Origin: Tubiluchus corallicola
Lineage: Eukaryota; Animalia; Priapulida
DNA: 64,000 bases
NCBI GenBank assembly: GCA_030141605.1
Contig: JAQGDQ010000093.1
Span: 248,001 to 312,000 of the forward strand
Direction: 5' to 3'
Shown here: piece by piece, positions 49,101 through 61,100 of the stretch
Layout of the letters: each line of letters starts with the position of its first letter
Numbering within the stretch: the stretch's first letter is position 1
Program-made: the position numbers and the translations under genes
Notes under the pieces: generated by a model
The model's database searches: none
What the model was told of the DNA's origin: nothing
What the model saw: only the letters and a program-made list of their open reading frames with translations

Positions 49101-52100
49101 GTACCCGAGTTACCTGGCTGCACAGATGTGCAGAGTTTGTTGGCTAAAACTTGCTCTAGAATCTTGAGCTCGTTTAAATATTTGAGGTTTACACTGTGAA
49201 AAATGTAAATTGTAAGTTTATAACGGTGTGAGTCAGACAAGGAGGCAAAGATGTAAGTATTTAGTATCTTATTTTTTTATTTTCTTATTTTTTGCCAAGT
49301 TAAAGTGAGGTAATTTTCTGTGAATTTGTTAAACTAAAAATTTCTGTTTCCTTGTTTAACAGATAAAATGTGATGGTTACACTTATGGTCATGGTTAATG
49401 GTTATGGATTGGATGATTTCATAAATAAACTGCTCAAAATTACAAAGCAACTTTTCAATGGTTTAATTTATTTGATACAAATAACCAAAAATAAGAAATT
49501 TGAAACCAAAAAAACAATAATACTTTAAGTGAGGTAATTTATTAATATGACCAGTAATATATTAGTGAACTTTACTTTAAACATTTTTTAAGCAGTTTAC
49601 CGAGTGATAAATCTTGGCTTCATAAATAAATTGCACACGCTGTAACAACATAGAAAACGCTGCTTATCTCGTCTGGTTAATAAATCCATTTAGCTTTAAA
49701 CACTCAAGTTACAACTGCTATTTTAGTTAACGGCAGAGTGTCACCACGCTGGCAAACTGTCACTTGTCACATTTTTGCTTTGCCTTTTCCAATCATCACT
49801 GCTTTTTTTACAATTCTTTATGGCAGATTCATGGTTGAGTGGATAGATCCAAATGCTTTACAGGAATGGTTATTAACTGCTGCAGGTTCGATACTCGCCC
49901 TGGGCACTTACTGTACAAAATCTGTAATCCTCTTGAATATTTACTTGCACAGGGAGGATATGTACATTCAAATGTGGCTAAGACCTCTGCTGGATCACCG
50001 ACTCATCTGAGACAGGATAACTTTTGAAGATAACTAGCCAGGTTCCAGTAATGCCACAAACATCACGTTCTCCCATTGAATACTACATTCCAGTTTGCAA
50101 TGTGCCGGAGTGTGTAAAAAACGGATTCAGATCTATGTTGAGTATCACATGGAATGCCAGGTTCCAGTAATGCTACAAACATCACGTTCTCCCACTGAAT
50201 ACTACATTCCAGTTTGCAATGTGCCGGAGTGTATAAAAAACGGATTCAGATCTATGTTGAGTATCACATGGAATTGTTAAAGGAAAGGGACGAGTAACAG
50301 TGCATGTTTGCTTTATTTTGCTGTTATTACAGTAGGAGCCGCTTAATAGACTCACAGTTAATAGACTCATTCGCTTAATTGACTCAAAAACGCCTGTAAC
50401 AAGCCACTTCTATTCAAATGTACATAAAAACTGTCGGTAATTGACTCAAATAACTCCACATAATTAACTCGATATTTTCCTTCGTGTACTTAAAAAATAA
50501 GACATTTGTATGTGCCCTAAGAGCCTTTTCTACTTCTATGTTATCCTTACTTCCCTTTTATGCATTATAATATATGTAGAAACAATCATGTTAAGTACCG
50601 TTTTGTGTGTAAACAGGAACGTTTATCATGCACTAAGACGCTAGCATAGCGGTTTTGCTTTGAATATGTTAGCCTGTTATCCAAGAATTTCTGGAAGCTA
50701 AACACTTAATCACTTGTCTAGCGGTTTCCTTTTGAAGTTCTGATCACACTTTCATGCTTAATCAATTAACAATCAAAGATGTAGGTTCAGTAATCAACCA
50801 GTTTTCCTTGTGACTTACAAGAGTAAACATCATACAGCAAATAAGAGCAAAGAGTTAAGAAGTTTGAAAAACTGCAGCTCAAAAACGCCAAGCACTAAAT
50901 GCTTTACGAGAATACGTGCATCTCACAGCAACAGATTTTCAACATTTTTGCAATTATGAGAACCTTATGAGCCAATTTCTTCGTGACAAAATGAAGCAGC
51001 CGACTTTGAAGGAATTTTTTGTAATTTCTGCAAAATAAACAGACTTGTGTGTTTTAAAAAGGTATACTTTTTAATTTATTGCTAATTCACTTATATAAAT
51101 GTGAAATCACAATATATTTTGAAATCTTTAACTGCACAAAAAAATTTAGGCATTACTTAGTTTTTAAAATTCATTAAAAGCCTTTGCAGTGCATACTAAG
51201 CTGATGACTCATACTTCTATATCTGTAATACTACACTCATCGGTTAATAGGTTCAGTCAGTTAATTGGGTCAAAACACTTCAGTCCCAAAGTGAGTCTAT
51301 TAAGGGGCACCTACTGTATTTAAACTTAGAAAAATAAAACTAAGAAATTCCCAAAAAACTGTCTGTAAAGCATAAGGTTGATATATACTAAAGCTGTATA
51401 GAAATTTTTACAATTGACTTGAAAATCCTGACATCGTGGCTTTCCGTAAGCACGCGCTGCTTACACTATTTAAAACTTTTGAAGTTTACCTAATGTTCGT
51501 GCAAAAATATCGCAATTTTTTGCAAAAGCTTATACTTTTGACAAAAATTGACAGTGCTCTGCTTTTCCGTGGTCGGCGAATGACGTCATTAGTTGAAAAA
51601 TGGGAGCGCCCAAACCTTGAAACGAACGCAACTTTAAAGTGCTTTTACTAATTATACGAGGCGCTCATCGCACTTTTATTACTAAATCCTCCTAACATTT
51701 TTTGCGAACATTGAAATAAGCTTAACTTTCAGGGAGACTTAGCATTTCCTTTAAGTATATTTACCTTGGGCTCTTTGGAATGTTCCGGACAAAGCACACG
51801 CAGTCGTTTGCAGTAGGTGCGATTCTGCGAGTTGTAGGCGTCACAGAACATGGACTGTCCCTCGATGCGGGTCTTGTAGACCGAGCCGAAGGAAGTCTGA
51901 CTTTCATACTGCAAGAAGAAACAACTAAATTAATAGCAATTACTAATTTCTATGCAAAATTCAACAGTTTTGATTAACTACAGTTAACCTCGGATATAAG
52001 GGAAACCTCGGGACCAGAAAAAAACGTCCCTTATATCCGATGTCCCTTATAGCCAAAGTTGAGTCAGACCGAGTATTTAGACCTGTACTTTTCTGCACCT

Positions 52101-55100
52101 TTACCCATATTTTAATGGATTATTGCTATACATTCAGTGCAAATGCTAGGGAGAAAGCTCCTTCAGTGATGTGAGACATATGTGATCGCAGAAACCGACC
52201 TATTCGAAGGCCGAGTTTGAAAAAATTTAGGTTAAAAATCAATCAATTTCGCTTTGATCATAGGGTCCCTTCTATGCGAGGTAATTCACCTGTGTTTCTA
52301 TTACGCGGGACCTGAAGATATCGTCCCTTATAACGGAAAGTCCACTATATCCGAGTACCTTATATACAAAGATTTTTACATAGGAAAAACAGTACGAAAA
52401 GTCGGGACCGGTGTTGGTGGTCCCTTACAAGCGAGTGTCCCTTATAAGCAAGTAGGCCTACCTTATACCCGAGGTTGACTGTAACACTGTTTAACACAAA
52501 GAGAATATTAAAATGAAATAAATTATACATATAAACAATATAAGAGAGGTAGGTTTTACAGGTAGTCGTCAACCATCGTCAGTTCTGGCAAATTGGTCAT
52601 AAAACAAACTGGACGCAAGTCAGATGCACATGTTCAAGTGGTGTGCCCCTCTATACAGATTTTGCGTGTGTACTGCGTTGTACTAAGTATGGTGGTGCCT
52701 ACGAATAATTTATCGAAATAGACAGCAATTTAAAGTTATTTGATAAAAAATGCAGTCGAACCTCGTTATACCGCCCGCCCGTTATAACGGCTGCTTCGCC
52801 ATAACACCAATTTCCGTAATATATTAAATACAGGGAATACCGCCAAGCTCGCCAACCTTGCCGCCATCTGCCATCGTCCCTTTTGATTTCAAAGTTTTGG
52901 TTTTGTTGTTTCCTTTTTAAAATTTCTGGAGTGTCCGTTATGCAGCGCTTACGCGCATCACCGATGGCGATCTACCCTGTCGAACCCCTGAACAATATTA
53001 TACTAAGCAGAATTTGATGCCTTTGTTTGTTTGTCACCATAGAAACTCGAAGAGTGTCAATTATAATACATGTATTAAAATGTGTTTACGAATTACGATT
53101 ATGCTAAAGTGTCGCCGTACTTTGGCAAAACATTTTTCCATGTGTCTCATTGCAACACGAGCGCTCACTTCATGGCCACAAGTTACGCAGTAGACGCTCC
53201 ACTCGCTGTCCTCAGCTTCGGCATCTGTCGTCTGTAATTGAGCAAATGCAAGAAATCGACATTAGAAACTTTCTGACTTGCCAAATTGAAATTGAAGAAA
53301 CACAAAAAATAAGGAGCGACTTATACTAAAACAACCTAAGAACACTGGCCAAAGACTTGGAATTGATTATAAAATCAAAAGACGTCAGTGGTTCAGTCGG
53401 TCATTTTTGAAATACGTTTCTCGCATTTGCCCCTGCAATAACCATTAAGTAAAATAAGCACGAGCTTCCAGAGCCTCAGAAATACAGTTTTCTCCTCGCT
53501 GCGTTTAGCAACGTTTCGTTTTAACGACGCTGAACATACGACACCTTTTTGTTACTTAATTCGATTTAACGATGATCTCTTTACTTTGCTCACAGCCATT
53601 TTTTATTTTATTAACAACTTTTTTTGCCTAATTTGAAGCATTGAAATGGTACATATTGCAATATTCTGTTCTAAAAACGCATTAACCTAAATAGAGCAAT
53701 TATTATAATGTTTTTATTTCTTGACTGACTACGTTCCAAATTCTAACCGTTTGTATTAAGCGATGCCAAAGTTTGATATTTTGTCTGTAACCTGTTGCTA
53801 TAACAACCAGATTAGTACTAAATGAAATTGTCTCAAGGTTGCTCCATGCAGAGCTTGGCTTTCAGTACCTGGTGTTTAACACACGGTTTTACACTGGAGG
53901 AGAAGTCGCTAGCAAGTCTAGGTAGATACCGGTAAGAAAGAGAGACGGTTTCAAGCAAACAGGAAATAATTAATCAGCAGAAAAATGATAAAACTCATAA
54001 AACGCTCAATTTATATGATTTAAGCAGCATTGATGCATTGATTTTTGGCTTTGGAACGTATCTCAATTCATTTATGATACTTCCAATGAAAGTCTCGTTT
54101 TCGTTTAACAACGTTTCGCTTAACATCGTATTCCGCGTATCCGCGGAAAATTCTCATTCCTGGCTGAGGGGTGCTTGAGGTCTTAATGCACCCCCTCATA
54201 TTAAATTTGAAAAAGTACAAGAATTGAAGCGCACCTCTTGACCGGACGCTATCATTGCGTGTTTTGCTCGGACGATGTGAGCCTCCAACTCTTGCTGTTT
54301 GATGTCCATTTCTCCAAGTCGCTGCCTTGCCTCCAGTTGCCGCCGCCGTATCCTCTCTAACGTTCTCTTGTTGTTTTCCTCTGCGATGCATGGACTCGAC
54401 TGCCACTGTTGGATGCGCTGCGGTAGTATCTCATAAATTCGACTGGAAATACAGGGATTAATCCTGAAACTCCAATAAAAGTTTGAAGAACCATGAATGG
54501 CCTATAGGATTAAACTAATATCTTGGTTTGCTGGACAAAAGCGGGGAGATGTTGGTCCAAATTTGCCGATTGTCCGTATTTACCGATATTAAGCTGATAC
54601 AGTAGGTGCCGTGTATTAGACTCGCGGCAATGTAGAATCAATCGCTTAATTGTCTCTAAAATCTCTAGTACGGGCCGCTCCTATGCAAAAGTATATAAAA
54701 ACTGTCCGCAATTGACGCAAATAACTCCGCATAATTGACTATATTTTCATATATAGAGATACACACGTGGTTACACTGACGTAGTAATGTAAACAAAGTG
54801 ACGGCCCGCCAACTAGCGGTCAGCTCGTGAAACAAGGGACTATGTCCATACTCAGTGGGGCTTTTAGCGGTCGAGATTTTGTCCGATTTTTCCAATATCT
54901 GTAAAAGCGAGGTCCGGCAAACCAAGACATGAGTGTATCTATTTCTAGCAGCTGTCGTAAAGCACATATTTTCACGATATGAGATACCAATGTCAGGTCC
55001 CAAAAAAACTTATACAATATCCACGCAAACTCCTCGAGTCTGTTCATACAAGTCTGTTCATACACCCGTAATATGGTGGCTGACAATTTGCCCAATTTCA

Positions 55101-58100
55101 AATTACCTTTATGGCTGCTTCCCTACCAGTTTTAAACAAACTTCAACATTTCAATGTCAAAAACTTTCTCAACAGAGAAAGAGCAATATCTGATTATACC
55201 GCACCACACTATGTCGTATTGGTAGTAGCAATAGTAGTAGTAAATTTATTGACCAAACTTGTTTTTATACAATATATTAGCAGAATGACAATCATAAAAA
55301 TAAAAAAATTAGTCCACCAAATTAATTAGGCGACATTAATTTAAAAAATGAAAAAACACATCGCCTAAGCAAAAAGGTGGAATGATATCAGGTACTGTCT
55401 AGTTTACGCAACACAAACACAAACTTTCTCATTTTCAACAAAGTTTGAGGAGTTTATGTTCCGATAACTGTGCATTCATATCATGGCTTGCCAGACCTCG
55501 CTTTTACGGATATCGAATACTTCGGACAAAATCTGGTCCGTTAAAAGTCCCCCACACTACGGACACAGTCCGTTATTTCGTGAACTGACCGCTAGTTGGT
55601 GGCTCGTCACTTTGTTTACATCACGTACATCAGTGTAACCACGTGTATATCTCTATGTATAGAAATATAGAGTTAATTATGCAGAGTTATTTGAGTCAAT
55701 TGGCTGACAGTTTTATAAACTTTTGCATAAGAGTGGTCCGTACTAGACGTTTTTGAGACAATTGGAAGATTGATTCTACATTACCATGACCCTAATACAT
55801 GGCGCCTACTGTATTAGTTTAGTATCGGAAAATTGGGACAATCGGCAAATTCGGACCGAGATCTCCCCGCTTTTGTTTGGCAAACCGAGACATGAGTGTA
55901 CCTAATTTTACTCTTGTTATTGGACATTGACTAATAATATTGATTTCTGTTTGGACTACTCCAAACACAAACTGCGCTCTCTTTTCCGGCCAGTTACTAC
56001 ATAAAAAGTTGAGACTGCAGAAGAAGTCGCATAAAAGCAATACGATGCTGTGCAAGGGTCCGAGTAGTACCATAGAAGTCTTAAACCCTTAACTGATCAA
56101 GGGGTTCTTATATTACAATAAAGACCAAGTAGGATAAAAATTTACCCCATGAAAATTTTGCTTAATATGTGTTACTAATTGGAGAGAATGCCCAACTGAT
56201 AACTGAGGTGCTCCTATTGGGAGAAAACCAAGTTCTTCGGCAAGTTGGCATAGATATATGAGGTAGGAAGGTTAAAAAGAGGCTTTCCACCATTGCACTA
56301 TATTGTTTACGCTATATTATTTATGCCTGCGAAAAGTTTTATAATAGCCTAACAATGTTCACTGTTTAATTCTAAGACATCCACTTTGTCTGCACTTGCA
56401 GGATCTTGTAAAATTTCATCTTCATCAGCTTCAAGCTTAGTCACCTGTACAGCTAAAGTTCCCGCCATATTACCAAATGAAGAATGTCCACACATTTTAA
56501 TATGAAATTTCCTCAACAGATTGTTAGAAAAATCTCTTTGTAGAACTGTAGATCGAATTGCAGGTTTGCAGCACTTCTCAGTTTTAAAAGTAAACACACA
56601 TGGTGCTGCCAGAAAGAAAAATACTGCAAAGTAAATTCCCAAATTTTGCCTGAATAAAAGACCAAGGGGGTAATAAGTTACCCCACAGCAGGTAGTATGT
56701 GACACTCAAGCTTTGTAAAAAAATTGTGAATAATAGTTTTCAACAAAAGCAAGGTTGCATAACAAATCTAAAGATATTTAATCACCACTAGTTTGAGAAT
56801 TTTTCGTTGTGTGCATCAATATAAAAAATCAGCAAACAGTCCAGGAGCAATTTTTTACCCCAACTTGGTCGACTAAGGGTTAAATTTGGGTTAAACCAAC
56901 TATACGTTATGTAACCATGCCTATGTAAAATCATATGCAAAAATGCATACTTTGTGGCAAGTTTGATACCGCATTCGTCTGAACAATACTTGGATCCCGA
57001 GCGAGCCTCCTCGACACAACCGGGTCCCAGACATTGGCCGGAATCATCCTCGTCCACATTCATGCTGACATCTGCTTCGTCCCCACCGGAGCCCCATTCA
57101 CGAACGTGGCCCCCACCACGAGTTCGACTCTTGTTCTGTAAAACAAATCAGAAACATCAACACAAGTTATCATTGTTTTTCTGTCTCTGACGTAGTTGTC
57201 TCTATCTCTGACGTAGTTGAATATTTCCATTTTGAAGGTAATATCTGACCAACCTACTTCAGATGAATTTCAAGTTAGGTGAGCGAGTGGTGTAGATATC
57301 GGATTGCAACCACGTGCTCTTGAGATTGAGACTAGCAGCTGTTAAAGGACAAGAAAAGGGGTACCTGAAGTAGGTTTCAGAAAAATCATCTTAAAAAATT
57401 ATATTATTTTACAGCAATTTTATACCTATATCGTACCTGCGTTGAAAGCATTTTTTTGTTTGTTTTTATTTCAAATCTCCCACAATACTGTCCCGAAGTT
57501 GCCATTACATGACGTCATATACGCAAAACGTAAATCAGGGGAAGAAAATGAAATGTTAAATTATGTCCCAAATAAACTTTCCATGCAAATCCGTATTACT
57601 TAGCATTTCGTTTACCTGCTGGAAAGACTTATGTAACTAGAAGAAATGATTAATTATTTAAAATGCTTTCACCAATTGGTAAAATGTCGCTGACTCACCC
57701 TCCAGGGTGCACCACTCACTAACCCAAAACGTACATCTTATTGACAAGATACAGTAATTTAAAATTTTAAAATTTAAGTTCAGATGTGTTAGTTTGTGAT
57801 GAACAGCACAAGTTTGACAGCTTATGCGTGAGCACAGCGATAAATTTGAAATTTGAATTTATATCTAAAACTTGTCTGTTTTCAGTACAACTAATTGAAT
57901 ACTTTATAGTAGCACTGTACTTCAAGAAATTTAGGCATTACTTCGTTTCTGAAATCTATCAAAAAAACCTTTGCAGTGCATAGTAAACTGATGACTCATA
58001 CTTCTATATTTGGAATACTACACCCATCGGTTAATAGGTTCAGTCAGTTAACTGGGTCAAAACATGTCGGTCCCAAAGTGAGCCTATTAAGCGGTGCCTA

Positions 58101-61100
58101 CTGTGTATATATACAACAAAGCTTCCAGTAAAGAAGAGGACCAACCAGTAGCTCAACATTTTCACATGCCAAAACACTCTTTTAAAGATATAAAAATCTG
58201 CATTATTGCAAACGCTCACAAAGCACACCATAGAAAGCAAAGGGAATTATACTGGATCAGTACACTTCAAACGGATCACCCTTTTGGGCTCAACAGAGAA
58301 TCCTTCATAGACTGAATACTTCATAGACGGAAATTGAAATACTAATGTTATTTTTATATATGTGTGCTTGCACGGCAAAATCATCCATAAGTCGGCAATT
58401 AACGTTTTCTAGTTATTCACAAATATCATGAACCTCCATTTCATGATGATCATTTTGATACCAAGCTCACCACTCTATGTTATTTCTAAGCTGAGATAAT
58501 CCACGTTGAAGTTGAGGTGCAGGCTACGCAGTGAAAAACGTAATTTTGAGAAAATCTCTGTTGAAGTTAGCCATTGTTTTTTATCGTATCTCTACAAAAC
58601 ACTTAGTAACTACACAAGTGTTCGTTGCTATGGACTTTGCAAGTACACATTGAAGTTATGTTTAAATTCAGTAGATAATGGTCATACATCACCTTTCTGT
58701 TAGAGCGGGGTGCCTTCCATTCTAATTTCTTGTTAGACATGGTCCTAGGATTGTAAGTGTCGTCATCGCATTCAGAGTCAACGTCCTTCCCTGGACGGAG
58801 CTACAACATTCAAGCAAGTAATTTTAAACACAAGAAGAAGTAAATTTCACAAACAACTCAAAAAACGTCTCGCTATTTGCTAATTACTGCAATTAATTTA
58901 AGAAGTACCACAGCCAGTGTTCACACAGTTGCTAAGGCAACAGCCTTGAGCGTGCATTACGTGTACAACGTGTCGCAAGAATGGCAAACTCACCAATGCA
59001 TTGTTCTCCGAAAACCCCACCACGTCCACATCTCTCTGCTCCGGGTCACTGTGCCGTGATCTCAGGTCATCTTGAGAACCCTCAAACTCGGTTGTGGCAA
59101 AAACGGCCGGCCGCAAGGACTCGCGATGCCTGCCTTCCGGTTTAGATTTCTTGGCCGGTTTTAAGGGCGTCATCCCCTGCAGAAACAGGGAAACACTTCT
59201 TGTTAGAAAGATGCAGTACAAGTCTGAAGTCACTAACATTTACCTTGGCTGTGCATGCACGAAAGTAGCACATAACTGGAGCCCAATTATCACACTTTTC
59301 TAATCCAATACAGAATATTAGACATATTAAATTCATTGATTTGTTTACATAAAGAGTTGCCAACAGCTGGCCAATTAAACAACTGATTAAACAAAGGCAA
59401 CCGATCATCTTTTGCAGGGTGTATTAAGACACCATAGAAGATAGGCTAATGCCTGCAGGGTTTATATATCATAGCTTAAACAACAATTGCTTGTGGTGTA
59501 TTAGTAGCATTGCTATTTCAATAGCTTATGGGGTTATTGTTAATGAAATGTATTTGCATGGCGCTTATATCTAAAAAGCCTATCTATCTATGTGTCTTAT
59601 ATCTATCTAGATCCAAAAACCTTAATGTGTTATTTTAACGGAGAGTACATGCTTGTTATAACTGCTTGTGGTGTGTTATTACTACTGTTATTCACAATGT
59701 AATCTGGAAATTGATTGCATCTACATCTCGGAAATTTTTGACAACCTCCAAGAAAAATAAGAAAGGAAAACTTACCGGTCCATTCACACATTCAAAACTG
59801 CTGAAAATAACCATGAGGCACAAGTGCCTTATATGGAATATGAAAAAATGCAAAGTTCTTGATGAGAGTCACAAGAATAAAAATTTTCTGGGCCATAAAA
59901 ATCTGGAGCCCCTCACAATTGGCTACAGGCTAGTTAATCTATTGGTAGATGTAGATCTTGATCAGTTGATAATCTCCAAGTAATTTGGGATTCCTAGACA
60001 TCAGCCAGACATTATTAAAAATAGATAGACTGATAGACTGATAGATATGATAAAATTTTATTTATCTCTTGTAATACACACAAAAAACAATTACATAGCA
60101 AAATAAATTGTTAATATTAGAAAAGGGGTGGCAAAAAACCTAGAGGTCAGCAAATGAGCCACGTTTGCTGATACTGATGGAACAAAATTCCATGTTTACC
60201 AAAAAAAACTGCTGCAATAATGCTGTCTCAAAAAAGCACATCTTTGCTTAACATTAGGTCCTAATGGAAAGGGGTGGCAAAGGTGCACCTCCACACGCAA
60301 CAGTAAAATGAAACTTACGAAGCTTTTGCACTGACGAAGCCGGCATTTCTGGCGTATCTTGTTGGGACCGCCAAACTTACGCATGTCCTGAGTGAAGAGA
60401 AACCAAACAAAAAAATCAATAAAACACTTACATAAAATGCAGAAAAAGACACGCACAGTTTTTTAACACACTGCTAAGTGAACAGCAAACGTTTTAAAAA
60501 ATTGCAATTAAAAGTGTTTACAAAATGCGATCACAACCTCCAGTAGTTAAAAAGTACTAATGATCTTACAAAGCTTGTCACTACCAACTGTTTTGCTCAG
60601 TTTACTTATGGTATTACATTAAAATAGTAAGAAAAATGATGAAACTGACCACAACAACGACAACAATAACAACAATGGCAATAACGATAAGTAGGGGTGA
60701 GCACTGAACGTTCGAATTCGTTTCGAACGAGTTTTTTAGTTAGAATTCGATTCAAACCTAAAAATATAGATTCGAATAATTCAGCACTTAAAATGTTTGA
60801 AACAGCATGCAATTAGCACAATTTAGCTGTAAATTCTGCGCAAAATTCTTAACAAACTAATAGCAATTTTACTGCAGAATAAAATCAAATAATATGCATG
60901 ATCTTTGTAAGGCAACTTTTGCCAGTGGTAAAAAAAGTTGTTCGCAAATCTTTCAAACTCAATTTGAATTCAATTCTGATTCGAAACACTGAAATTCAAT
61001 TCGATTCGCGTTAAAAAGTCACAAATTCAATTCGATTTGAGTTTGCTTTCTGGTACAGAATTCTCACCCCCTAACAATAAGAATGGTCTATTCTAAAATC

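Noticed and set aside
56349-56705. 118-aa ORF as an extra CXXC1 exon or transposase
   Set aside because: Flanking CXXC1 exons already join in phase; no recognisable transposase motif; lies inside a putative non-autonomous element.
57277-57345. Functional tRNA gene
   Set aside because: No acceptor stem or intact T-arm; at most a decayed SINE head.
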